From contig OY970296.1 in assembly GCA_963716175.1 (NCBI GenBank), positions 1,216,001 through 1,280,000 on the forward strand: 64,000 nt of DNA, in the 5' to 3' direction. The position numbers and the translations under genes are program-made. Below, in pieces: positions 9,859 through 21,065 of this stretch. Within the stretch, counting starts at the first letter, position 1. Each line of letters begins with the position of its first letter. The DNA comes from an uncultured Armatimonadetes bacterium (GTDB taxonomy: Bacteria > Armatimonadota > Hebobacteria > Hebobacterales > Hebobacteraceae). The notes under the pieces were generated by a model. It was not told where the DNA came from. It was given only the letters and a program-made list of their open reading frames with translations, and searched no databases.

Positions 9859-10824
9859 CTACTTGTAGACCTCGGGATTCACGCAGTACTGCGGGCGGCG
9901 GCCCTCGAACACAGCGATGATGGCGTCCACCACGCCATTGCCCATAGCCAGCAGCGCGCCGGGGGTATTGGAGGAGTTGTGGGGCATGGTCACGGCGCAC
10001 CCGCACTTCAGCAGGCGGCTCTGGGTGGGAGGCTCGGCGGCGTAGACGTCCAGACCCGCGCCGAAGATCCGGCCGGCCTCAAGGGCATCGGCCAGCGCCT
10101 CCTCGTCCACGATGGCGCCGCGGGCGGTGTTCACCAGAACGCCGGTCGGCTTCATCAGCGCGATGCGCTCGGCATTGATGCACTTGCGGGTTCCGTCGTT
10201 GAGCGGCATGTGAACGGAGACGAAATCGGCCTCCTTCATCACGTGCTCGATGGAGACGGCGCGCTCGACCACGAACTGGGCGGCGAACTCCTTATCGAAG
10301 AGAGGATCGTAGGCGAGAATTCGCATGTCGAAGCCGCGGCCCCGGCGGGCCACGCCCTTGCCGATCCGGCCCAGCCCCAGCAATCCGAGGGTGGCACCGC
10401 AGACGTCAACGCCGTAGGTGTTGGTCCATTGGCCGGCCTTGGTGGTGCGATCGCCCTCCGGGATCTTCCGCGCCACCGCCAGCATCAGGGCGAAGGCCAT
10501 GTCGGCGACGGCTTCGGCATTGGCTCCCGGCAGATTGGCGACCACGATCCCGCGGCGGGTGCACTCGGCCACATCCACGCAGTCCATGCCCGCGCCGTGG
10601 CGGGCCAGCACCTTCAGCCGCTCAGCGTCGTCGAAGGCGGGCGGGAAGAACTGATCCACGCCGGCCGCGATCCCGTCCACATCTCTCAGCACAGACCTCA
10701 GCTCGTCGGGGGTCATAGGACGCCCATAGGGGTTGTGCGCGACCTCATAGCCGGCGGCGATCAGCCGGTCCTCCGGCTCCCGGGTCACTTCGCTGAAGGA
10801 AGTGGCGGTGATCAGGACCTTCAT
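9859..10824 (-). CDS. D-isomer-specific 2-hydroxyacid dehydrogenase (phosphoglycerate dehydrogenase-like)
   Basis: MKVLIT start, GLLGLGRIG, VNTARGAIVDE, GAGLDVY, MPH. Confidence 0.9.
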   Translation of the reverse strand: MKVLITATSFSEVTREPEDRLIAAGYEVAHNPYGRPMTPDELRSVLRDVDGIAAGVDQFFPPAFDDAERLKVLARHGAGMDCVDVAECTRRGIVVANLPGANAEAVADMAFALMLAVARKIPEGDRTTKAGQWTNTYGVDVCGATLGLLGLGRIGKGVARRGRGFDMRILAYDPLFDKEFAAQFVVERAVSIEHVMKEADFVSVHMPLNDGTRKCINAERIALMKPTGVLVNTARGAIVDEEALADALEAGRIFGAGLDVYAAEPPTQSRLLKCGCAVTMPHNSSNTPGALLAMGNGVVDAIIAVFEGRRPQYCVNPEVYK

Positions 10825-10913
10825 CTGACGACTCCTAGCGACGGTCGGCGGCGATGCCTTCGGCATGGCCGCCCCACAGAACGGCGATGCCGGCGGGCAT
10901 GGGCATGCCTGCC

Positions 10914-13570
10914 CTACAAGGTGCCGTCGAGCTGGGCCATCTCGATGTTCTGGTTGGGACAGCGGCGGAAACACATTCCACAGGCGACACACTTCTCCTC
11001 GTCTATGTGGAAGGCATCGCTGCCGCGGCGCTCGATGGCGAAGGAGGAGCAGATGCGGAAGCAGAGGGCGCACCCCTCGCCACAGCCGCAGACCAGGCAG
11101 CGGCTCGCCTCGGCCACGGCTTCCTCCTCGGTGAGCGCCGGGGTGTAAGGCGCGAAGTCCAATCGGCGCTGGGCCGCGGGGCGCAGAGGTAGCGCGACCC
11201 GATCCTGAATCTGGAGCCCGTGCTGCCGCGCCAGCACCTGCTGCTTGGAGACCTCGGCGAGGATGGGATCATAGCTGAGGAAGGGCTCGCCGCCGGAGAG
11301 GAAGCGGTCAATGGAAACCGCAGCGCGGCGGCCGGAGGCGACGGCGGCGATCACGGTATCGGGGCCGGTGGCGGCGTCGCCGCCGACGAAGAGACCCTCA
11401 ATGGTAGTGGCTCCGGTGTCGAGATCGCAAGCCAAGCTGCCGTCGGCATTCACGGTCAGGCCCTCAACCGCGGTGGCGACCTGCTGGCCCAGGGCGTTGA
11501 TCACCATATCGCAGGGGAGAGAGAACTCGGTCTGCTCGACTGGATCGGGCCGGCGGCGGCCGGAGGCATCGGGCTCGCCCAGGGTGTGAATGCGCATGGT
11601 GAGGCCGGTGACGCGGTTGCGCTTCTTGAGCACGGCCAGCGGGGCCACCAGGTAGATCACGCGCACCCCTTCCGCTTCCGCCTCCCCCACCTCCTCGGGC
11701 ACGGCCGGCATCTCGTCCCGGGTGCGCCGGTAGCAGAGGAAGACCTCTTTGGCGCCCAGGCGGAGCGCGGTGCGGGCGGCGTCCACGGCGGTAAAGCCAC
11801 CGCCAATCACGGCCACGCGTTCGCCGACATTGACCTTGCGGCCACGACGGAGGTTGGTCAGGAAGTCAACCGCCGAGACCACGCCGCGGGCGTCCTCGCC
11901 AGGGACCTGGAGGCGAAGACCCGACCAGGCCCCGATCCCCAGGAAGATGGCGTCATAGCCATCTGCTCGCAGGCTGGAGAGAGTGAAGTCTTTCCCCAGG
12001 CGCCGGTGGCACCTGATCTTCACCCCGAGCGACTGGAGCGCGCCGATCTCGGCCTCGAGCACGGCCTCTGGCAGCCGGAAGCTGGGGATGCCATAGCGCA
12101 TCATGCCGCCCGGCCTGCGCTCGGCGTCGAACACCGTGACCTGGTGGCCAGCGCGCGCCAGGTCCCAGGCGCAGGCGATCCCCGCCGGGCCGGAGCCGAC
12201 CACGGCGACTCTCTTCCCACTCTTCGGCAGCCGGTCCACCTCGGGCCGCCAGCCCTGGGCGACCGCGTATTCGAGCACGAACCGCTTGAGATCGCGAATG
12301 CGGATGGGCTCATCTACATCGCCCCGGGTGCAGGCGGTCTCGCATGGGTGCGAGCAGATGTAGCCGCAGACAGATTGCAGAGGATCGCGGGAGGTGATGA
12401 GGCGATAGGCTTCCTCGAAGTCGCGCTCGGCCACCTTCTGGACATAGCCCTGCGCGGGGACCTGGTTGGGGCAGGCGAACTTGCAGGGAGCGGAGAGATA
12501 AGGCTGCTTGATGCGGCCGTGGCCGGGGTAGAGCGTCAGCTTGTCGGCCGCCGTCACTTCCGACACCAGCAGGTCGCGCATCGCCCCCCAGGTCTCGAAC
12601 CCCATCTTGTCCAGGTAGCGCAGCACGCCGTCGGTGATATCGCGCACGATCCCATAACCGTGCGCCAGCACCGCGGTGCAGATACCCACCAGGTCGGCGC
12701 CGAAGAAGGCCATCTCCACCGCGTCCTGCCAGGTTTCGACTCCGCCGGTGGCGATGGCCGCCACCTGGGGGCCGTTGCGCTTGCGAATCTCGAAGATATC
12801 GCGGAGGGCGAGAGGCTTGGCCCAGGGCCCGGACATGCAACTCAGGGAAACCTGCTCCTGGAGGTGGTAGACCGCTTTCCTCGGGTTCCAGATATCTATG
12901 GGCGGGATGGCGAGCCGATTCGCATTGGAGCCGACGGCCACCGCGCCGGCCTGGTAGGCGGCCTGGGCCACGTCGGCCAGCCGTCCCCCTCCGGGCTGAG
13001 CTTGACGAACACCGGGATGGAGACCGCGGCCACGGTGGCGCGGACGATCTCGCCAACGGCCTGGGGATCCATGCCCAGAGAGGCGCCGCTGACGGGCCCG
13101 CCCTCGTGCAGCTCACCCGTGAGCGCCAGGTTGAAGGACATGTTGGGGCAGCCCAGGTTCACTTCGAGCACGTGGCATCCCGCCTGCTCGAACACCCGCG
13201 CCATGTTCACCCACCCCTCCACCCCCTTGTCCCCGGAGTAGCTGTAGTTGGCCAGGATGACGAAGTCCTTGTCCACCCGGGGCCGAGCGGCCTGCACCAG
13301 CTCCACCGCCTGGTCCAGGTTGAGGCGTTTCTCGGCGGTGAACGCGAGGAAGCCCTGGGGCTCGAAGTAGCCATACCGGGGCTCGCGGTTGATGTACGGA
13401 GGGGGATCGAACGTGAGCTTGATGGAGGCGCCCGACCAGCCCAGCTCGCAGCCCCGGGCGAGTTGGTCGGCGGAGTGAGTGGTGGGCCCGGAGGCGAGGA
13501 AGAACGGGTTCTTGAAGGTGACACCGGCGATGGTCACCGCCAGCCGGGGATCGGCAGTCCTCTCGGTCAT
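10914..13570 (-). CDS. Fused dihydroorotate/dihydropyrimidine dehydrogenase-like enzyme (PreA-like FMN barrel + PreT/GltD-like FAD/Fe-S + ferredoxin); frameshift at ~12985-12989
   Basis: NPFFLASGP, EVNLGCPN, VFVKLSP, then CKFACP, CGYICSHPCETAC, VVGSGPAG, VIGGGFTAVD, CVACGMCFRRCP; one extra G joins the two ORFs. Confidence 0.85.
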
Positions 13571-13791
13571 GATGCGGTTGGCACTCCCTGGTGGTGCTGG
13601 TCCTGCTGAGCGAAGAAGCCCCGCGCGGGGTGCGCTGTCGCGCGGCGCCGATGCCCTATCATAGCATTTCGGGCGAAGCGGTCGCTAGCCCTCGCGACGA
13701 TATCTCCTGTGGGGCGCGAGCTGGCAGGTGTGGGCGCCTGGCCGGCTAATATGCGTGGCCGGCTCGGCTATCACATGCCAGGAGGGCGACC

Positions 13792-14628
13792 GTGGAGATA
13801 GGTCTGCTGACAGCGCCGTTTGGCAGTAAGTCGTTGCAGTGGATAGCAGGTTTCGCCAGGGCGAATGGGTTCCAGGCCCTGGAGGTGGTGGCCGGGCCGG
13901 GAAGCAAGCACCTTGACACCAATGGCATGACCGCGGCCCGCGCCGGCCAGATCAAGCGGCTGATGGCCGACAGCGGTCTGCGCCTCTCCAGCCTGGCCTA
14001 CTACGAGAACCTGCTGACGCCGGACAAGGGGGAGCGGGCGAGGGCGGTGCAGGGGATGCGGTCGGTGATCCAGGCCGCCGCCGCCCTGGGGGTGGAGGTG
14101 GTGTGCACGCTGGCCGGGATGCCGGTGCCCGGCAAGGACCGCACGCACACCATCGCCGAGGACTTCCCCGGTGTGTTCCGGCCGCTGGTGAAGCTGGCCG
14201 CGCAGAAAGGCATCAGGCTCGCCTTCGAGAACTACTTCGCCACCAATATCCGCAATCTGGCGGACTGGCAGCAGGTGTTCGAGGTGATCCCGGAGGCGAA
14301 CCTGGGGCTGAACTTCGATCCGTCGCACTTGCTGTGGCAGGGCATTGACTACCTGGAGGCGGTGGATCGGTTTCGCGACCGGATCTTTCACACCCATGCC
14401 AAGGATGTGGAGATCAAGCAGCACCTGCTGCGCTGGGTGGGGAACCAGTCCGGCGGCTGGTGGCGCTACTGCATCCCGGGCTACGGCGAGGTGAACTGGG
14501 GAGTCTACATCGCGCGGCTGCGCGCGATCGGCTACAACGGCGTGCTGAGCATCGAGCACGAGGACGGCGCCTTCGGGGTGGAGGAGGGTTTCGTTAAGGG
14601 ACAGCGCCATCTGGCGCGGTTTGTCTGA
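13792..14628 (+). CDS. Sugar phosphate isomerase/epimerase (xylose-isomerase-like TIM barrel)
   Basis: LAFEN, GLNFDPSHL, FHTHAKD, LSIEHED metal-binding motifs; SD AGGAGG. Confidence 0.9.
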   Translation: MEIGLLTAPFGSKSLQWIAGFARANGFQALEVVAGPGSKHLDTNGMTAARAGQIKRLMADSGLRLSSLAYYENLLTPDKGERARAVQGMRSVIQAAAALGVEVVCTLAGMPVPGKDRTHTIAEDFPGVFRPLVKLAAQKGIRLAFENYFATNIRNLADWQQVFEVIPEANLGLNFDPSHLLWQGIDYLEAVDRFRDRIFHTHAKDVEIKQHLLRWVGNQSGGWWRYCIPGYGEVNWGVYIARLRAIGYNGVLSIEHEDGAFGVEEGFVKGQRHLARFV

Positions 14629-14666
14629 GGGACGGGGCCGGTCGGGCGTTGCGGAAAGGAGCGGCG

Positions 14667-15794
14667 ATGAGCAGCTTGCAGATCAAGCCCGCGGGCGAGG
14701 GCTACGATGCCATTGCGCTGGGCGAAGTGATGATGCGCATTGATCCGGGCGATCTGCCCACCAGCCGGGCGCGCCACGCCCGCATCTGGCACGGCGGCGG
14801 CGAGACCAATGTGGCGGAGGGACTGAGCGCCTGCTTTGGCCTCAAGACCGCGGTGATCACCGCTCTGGTGGAGGATGGCATCGGCCGCAACATCGAGAAC
14901 CAGTTCCGGGAGGCCGGGGTGGACACCTCGCACATCATCTGGTTCGCCACCAGCGGCAAGGGCAAGTTCACCACCGATGGTAAGGGCACGCTGCACAATG
15001 GCATCAACTTCACGTGGGCAGGCAAGGGGGTGCTCCCCTCAGTCACCGAGTACTACCGCGCCCATACCCCCATCCGCGAGCTGAAGCCGGGCGATGTGGG
15101 CTGGAAGGCGATCCTCGGGCGGGGAGTGCGGTGGTTCCACACCGGGGGCATCTATGCCCTGATCTCTCCCACCTCCTCCGCGCTGGCGCTAGAGGCGATG
15201 GAGGCAGCGGGCGCGCACGGCGCCTTTCGCTCTTTCGACCTGAACTACCGCTCCAAGGTGGAGCCGAACAAGGAGCGGGCGCGGGAGATCAACCGCAGCA
15301 TCGTGCCCCACACCGACTTTCTGGTGGGCAATCAGAGCGACTTCCTCGATGCCCTGGGCTATGAGAGCAAGCAGGTGGCGACCACCGACCGTTTCGAGGT
15401 GTGGTTGGCGGCCTATCAGGAGATGCTGCGAAAGGTGGCCAAGGATTACCCCAACCTGAAGCTGATCGGCACCCAACTGCGCGCCGCGCTCACCGCGGAC
15501 CGGATCAGCTGGGGCGCGGTGCTCTATGAAGTCGGCGCGGACAAGATGCACCAGGCGGCGGTGCGGGAGAACATCGAGATCGCCGACCGCACCGGAGGCG
15601 GGGATTCCTTCATGTCGGGGGTGGCGGCGGCCCTGCTGAAAGGACACGGACCCGAGGTGGCGGCGGAGTGGGGCGCGGCCCACGGCATCCTGGTGCAGGA
15701 GACCCCCGGCGACACTACGATGGTGACCCAGAAAGAGGTGGAGGCGGAGGTGGCGCGGGCTCGCAAGGGCGGTGGGGTGAGCGCGCTGCGCTAG
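14667..15794 (+). CDS. PfkB-family sugar kinase, 2-keto-3-deoxygluconate kinase-like
   Basis: ALGEVMMR, GGGETNVA, SFDLNYRSK, DRTGGGDSF. Confidence 0.88.
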   Translation: MSSLQIKPAGEGYDAIALGEVMMRIDPGDLPTSRARHARIWHGGGETNVAEGLSACFGLKTAVITALVEDGIGRNIENQFREAGVDTSHIIWFATSGKGKFTTDGKGTLHNGINFTWAGKGVLPSVTEYYRAHTPIRELKPGDVGWKAILGRGVRWFHTGGIYALISPTSSALALEAMEAAGAHGAFRSFDLNYRSKVEPNKERAREINRSIVPHTDFLVGNQSDFLDALGYESKQVATTDRFEVWLAAYQEMLRKVAKDYPNLKLIGTQLRAALTADRISWGAVLYEVGADKMHQAAVRENIEIADRTGGGDSFMSGVAAALLKGHGPEVAAEWGAAHGILVQETPGDTTMVTQKEVEAEVARARKGGGVSALR

Positions 15795-15852
15795 CAGGCG
15801 GATGCGGCCAGGTGGATAGAGAGCAGTGGGGGGAGAAAGCGAGGGTGCATCG

Positions 15853-16717
15853 GTGCCAGAGGTGATCTATCTCAATGGCAGGTTCGTGGCTCCGGAGGAG
15901 GCCGTGATCTCGGTTGACGATCGCGGCTTTATCTTCGCGGACGCGGTGTACGAGGTGCTCCGCACCTACCAGGGCCGGGTGTGGGCGACGGAACGTCACC
16001 TCCGGCGTCTGCAGCACAGCCTGGAGGGCATTGATCTCCGAGGCGTGGACGTGGAGGAGATGCGCGGGGTGATGGAGGAGGCGAACCGGCGAAGCGAGTT
16101 CCCCAACGCCACGATCTACCTCCAGATCACGCGGGGGGCGGCGCCGCGGCGACATTCCTACACCCGCGATCTGATCCCCACCGTTCTGGTCACCGTTCGG
16201 GACCTCACCCCCATGCTGGCGGAGATCAACCACGAGGGTGCAACGGCAATCACCGCGCCTGACTTGCGGTGGCGGCGCTGTGACATCAAGTCCACCAACC
16301 TACTGCCCAACATCCTCGCCAGGAGGCGGGCTATGGAACAGGGCGCACACGAGGCGATCCTCGTGGATGCGGAGGGATATGTCACCGAGGCCGCCTCCAT
16401 GGCCGTGTTCTGCGTGGAGAAAAGCTGCTTGCTCACCACCCCGCTCGGTCCGGAGATCTTGCCCAGCATCACCCGGCAGTTTGTGGTGGAGATCGCGCAA
16501 GAATGACGGCATCCCCTTGCGGGAGGAGCGCGTCGCGCTCGACCGCTTCCGTCGGGCCGAGGAGATGCTCGTCGCCAGCACCAGCCACGAGGCCTGCCCG
16601 GTCACGCGGCTGGATGGGCAACTGGTAGGCGACGGCAAAGCGGGCCCCATTGCGCGGCGGCTGAAGGCCGGGTTCAAGAAGAGGGTGGCGGCGGGGGATG
16701 ACGCGCCGCGGGGGTAG
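15853..16717 (+). CDS. Class IV PLP aminotransferase (D-amino-acid transaminase-like); frameshift at ~16502
   Basis: DRGFIFADAVYE, IYLQITRG, DIKSTNLL, ILPSITR, continued in the other frame by EEMLVASTS...VGDGKAGP. Confidence 0.88.
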
Positions 16718-16882
16718 GCAACGGCGGAATCCACAGATTCCGCAGACAGCGCAGATGACTATGGATGGGCAGGAGACGCGTGGCTAGGCCCTTCGGGCCG
16801 CCACCCCGGCCCGCCGCAGGCGGGCCTAGGGGCTCCTGCCCTACGAACCGCCGCAAGACCCCGTCCTGACCGAAAGAGGTGC

Positions 16883-19800
16883 TTGCCAAACGGCTGGCGA
16901 ACGCCTGTTTTCGTGAGCGAGGGGACAGAGCAAACCAGCAAGCTCGTCGGTGATCTGATCTCGATCTGCGCCGCGCCGGCGGTGGTGTCGCTGAGCCAGG
17001 TGGAGGGGGTGCGGGATCGGCTGGCTGCGGGGGAGGGGGCGGAGGGGGAGCTCGCCTCCCTGCTGGGCGGCTATTCGTTGGGTGATCCAGAGACACGGGC
17101 CGCCTTCGAGGCGATGATCCGCTCCCTAGGCCGGCGCGAGGAGCGGGGGACGCGTTCCTGGTCTCAGGGGTCTACGGGTCGGGGAAGTCGCACCTGCTGG
17201 CGGCGCTCATGCTGCTGGCCGGACACCCGAAAGCAGCGTGGCCGGCCTTCCTCTCTTCTCATCCCGGATACGATCGCGCCGCGCCTCGTGCTTCGCAGCG
17301 AAGCGCTGCTTCGCAGAGTAGCATCGGGTTCGAGCGGCCGCGGCTGGTGGTGGCGATCCCCCTGGACAACTACCCCGCGCAGTCGCACCCGCTGGAGCAC
17401 ATCGTGCTCTCACAGATTGAGGCCGAGCTGGCGCGGCGACACGGGCTGCGGGTGGCGCTCACCGAGGAATCGCACCTCCTGGACCTGGTAGAGCACTATG
17501 TCATGCCGCAAGCGGGCGCGGGCCTGGATGAGGCGGCGGTCAGGACGACCGGAGAGGAGTGGCAGGTGCTGCGGGCACGGGCGCCCGAGAAGGCCGCGGA
17601 GGTGGCGCTGGAGTTCCTGAGCGAGTCAGGCTTCCCCCTGAACTGGCGGCGGTCGCGGGCGGAGGCGTGGGGGGTGCTGCGCGCGGCGCTGGAGAGCAAT
17701 GGGATTGACGGGCCGGTGGTGCTGCTCGATGAGCTGGGCATGTTTCTGGCGGGCAAGGATCGCCGCGGCCTCAACGCGGACGCATCCTTCTTGCAGTACC
17801 TGGCGCAGCGGACCCCAGGGGAACGGTGCTGGCTGGTGTGCGTCACTCAGCGGGGGCTCGAGGAGGTGGGGGACATTGACCGGCGGACCCTCCGGCAGCT
17901 CCGGGATCGCTTCCGCCCCGGCTTCACCCTGGGCCTGGCCGATCTGGGCTGGGTGATGCAGCACCGCCTGATAGCGCGCCACAGACCGGATGCCTTCACG
18001 AACGCGATGCCAGAGCTGCACGCCAGCTACCGCGCGGAGGCAGAGCCGTTCTCGGTTGATGAGCTGGCGCGAGCCTACCCCCTGAACCCGCTCTGCCTGG
18101 AGGTCTTGCAGCGGGCGGCCGAGACCTGCCTCTCCCAGACCAGGAGCGCGGTGCGACTTCTGCAGGAAGCCGCGCGCGAGCAGGGATGGCTGGAACGGCC
18201 CGCTGAGCGGCTGATCACCCCAGACGTGGTCTTCGATCTGTTCCGGGAGGAGATGGCGCTGACCGGGGCCGGGCAAAGGCACCTGCACGCCTACGAAGTG
18301 GTGATGGCCAACTCCAGCCGGATTGCGCCCGGCCGGGAGCAAGCGTTTGGGATCGTGATGAAGGCGCTGTGCCTGCTGGGCCTGGCGGAGCTGAGGTGGT
18401 CGGTGGGGCAGCTTCGCGCCAGCCTGGTAGGCGACGAGGAGGCGGAGCTGTGGCGCAGGCGCGAGGCCCTGGGGGAGATGCTGAGCGCACTCTACCAGAG
18501 AGGGGCCTATGTGGAGCGGGTCCGAGGCCAGGATGAGGAAGACCACCAATACTACGTGGACGTTTCGTCAGATGCCTCGGAGCGAATCCGGCAGCGGCTG
18601 AACGAGCTGGTAAAGGAGCTGGCGGCAGGCGACTCACGGGTGTCGAGGGCGGCGCTGGAGGCGTGCCGGGAGGACTTGTTTCCGCTGGCCGGCCTGGCGG
18701 AGCCGCGCCGCCTCTCGGTGGAGTGGTGGCAGGCGCGGCGGCACGTGACCGCCGTCTGCCGGGACCTGTCGCAGCTGAGCGCGGCCGAACTGCAGAACCT
18801 CGTAGGGTCACTGGAAGCCCCGACCACGAAGGAGGACGGCTGGCTGTTCATCTCCCTGCCAGCAACCTCAAGCGCCCAGCAGGAGCACGCGTGGCAGGAG
18901 GCGGCCGGCCAAGTCACAGGCCGGTTCGCCTCCGGGCTGCTGGCCTGGCTCCCAAAGGAGCTGAGCGGGAGCGAGCAGGAGCAGCTGGTGGAGCACGCGG
19001 CCCTCTCCCGGATGGTATCCGACCCCACCGTGGCGCGGCCCCGAGATCGGGAGTTGCGGGCGAGGCTGCGGCAACGGTGGGAGGATTCCGAAGTCCAGGT
19101 AAGACGGACGCTGCAGCGGGCCTACTACGAAGGGAGAATCATAGAGGCGAGCGGAGCGACGATAGCGGGCAGCCAACGGCTGTCGGACCAGGAGGGGTGG
19201 GACCGGACGCTGGCGGAGGCGTTCGCAGGACCGTTCCGGAGGCTGTTCCCGCAGTTTCCGTCGCTGGCGCCGGAGCGGAGGCTGGCGGGAAGGGCGCAGA
19301 CCAACCAGATCATTGACCAGTTCATCCGGCCCGGGGAAGTGACGCTGCCGCCGGCCTCGGCGCTGGAGGCGCACCTGATCGCTTATGCCAGGCCGCTGGG
19401 GCTGGCCGAAGGGGAGGACCGGCACTGGCGGCTGGCGCTGAACCACCGCCAACTGGTGCAGGCGGCGCTGGCGGCCACGCCGGCGGGCGGCGCGGGCGAT
19501 GGGGTGGATCCGGACGCTGCCATCAGCTATGCTGAGCTGGCCGGCCGGCTGGCGAAGAGCGAGTGGGGAATCACCCCTGAGCAGAGCGAGCTCCTGGTGG
19601 CCGCGCTCATTCGTAGCGGCTACCTGGTTGGCTTGGATGCGTTCCTGCAGCCAGTGAGACTGGAGGCCATCGCGGCGCCGCTGGGAGAGAACCTGCCGTT
19701 CGTCATGCGGGGCGCGGCGCTGGAGGGGGAAACCGCCGAAGAGGTCCGACGCTTGTGGCTGGCAGCGAGTAGGCAGCAGGCAAGCTCCCTTCGGCTGGGC

Positions 19801-20940
19801 TCAGGGCAGGCCTGCCCAACAGACTGGGATCTGCCGACGCAGGAACGGGCCTGGGGTGAGATGCTGGCCTGGTCGGCGCGACTGATGGCCGGCAAGGAGG
19901 AGGGCAAGGCGGCGGTGGGCAGGGCGGCAGATGCCTTCGCACACGGGCGTGAGGAGTGGGCGTGGGCGGAGGAGGCGCAGGCCAGGGCGGAAGCGGTGGC
20001 GGGGTGCGTGGAGCCGGGGCTCACCTCCAGGCAGGGGTTAGTGAGGCTAGTGGCAGGGACAGAGCGCTTGCCAGAAGGGGTAGCGGCCAGCATGGAGGCG
20101 GTGAAGAAGTGGCGCGACTGCGCTTACTTTCTCCAGGAACAGTCCGCCGAGCTGGCGCGGCTCTACCGGCTGATCTGTGATGAGAAGGTGCAGTGTCCGC
20201 CGGGCTCATTGTTGGAGAAGGATAGGCAGGCCCTGGGGCGTGAGTTCAGCTCGTCGGCGCGCTTGGTCTCGGCCGCGGCGGAGCTGAAGTCCTCGGCGCA
20301 GCGCTGGTTGGAGGCGTACCGCCGGCATTACCTGGGGTGGCATGCCAGCAGCTATGCGGCGGGCCGGTACGAGGGGCTGGCCAAGGTGCGCGGCTCGGCG
20401 ACGACGGAGGCGGCGCGGCGGCTGGCGAGAGCGGGCCTGAGCAGTGAGGAGTTGGCGGCGGTCGAGTCGGAGCTGGAGGGGGCCCTGAACCAACGCTGCC
20501 TGGCGGGCGATCCGCTGCCTCCGGATTGCGCGGTGTGCCCGCTCTGCGGGCTGAGGCTGGGGCAACAGGTGGCCCTGCCGGAGGGCGCGGCGCTGGCAGA
20601 ACGCGTGGGGAAGGCGAAGACGGAGCAGCTCGCGGGCCTGCGCGGGCAGGAGGCTTTGCTGCGCCGGCGCCTCGCCGGGTGCGCCGATCAGCAGATAGTG
20701 ACCGCGGTCGAGAGGTTGGTGAGCGATGTGAGCGAGCTGACCGCAGACGGCGTGTCCAGCCTGCTCTCTGAGCAGGTGATGGCGTGGCTGCGATCACAGC
20801 TCGGCCAGCCGAAGGCGAGCCGGCGGCAGTGGCGGGAGCTGGAGGACCGACTGCGGGGAAAGGAGATGCCGAAACGGGACGTGGTGCGGAGCGTGGAGGA
20901 GTGGCTGGGGCCGGGGGAGGAGGTAGTCGAGATCGAATAG
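16883..20940 (+). CDS. Large P-loop ATPase, DUF6079/BREX BrxC-PglY-like; frameshift at ~17145-17149
   Basis: Restored Walker A GVYGSGKSHLL, Walker B VVLLDELGMFL, YPLNP, SQTRSAVRLL and C-terminal CxxC (CPLCG). Confidence 0.72.
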
Positions 20941-21065
20941 GGCTGTCCGCAGACGGCGCAGATGGGCCCGGGCAGGAGGCAAGCTCCTGCCAAACGCAGG
21001 CAGGCCCGGGATAGTGGGTATACTCCGCGTGGTAGGCCGGAGTTGCTTGTGTTCCGCACCGAGCA

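Noticed and set aside
7189-13241. 877-, 437- and 673-aa plus-strand ORFs
   Set aside because: Antisense shadows of well-supported minus-strand oxidoreductases
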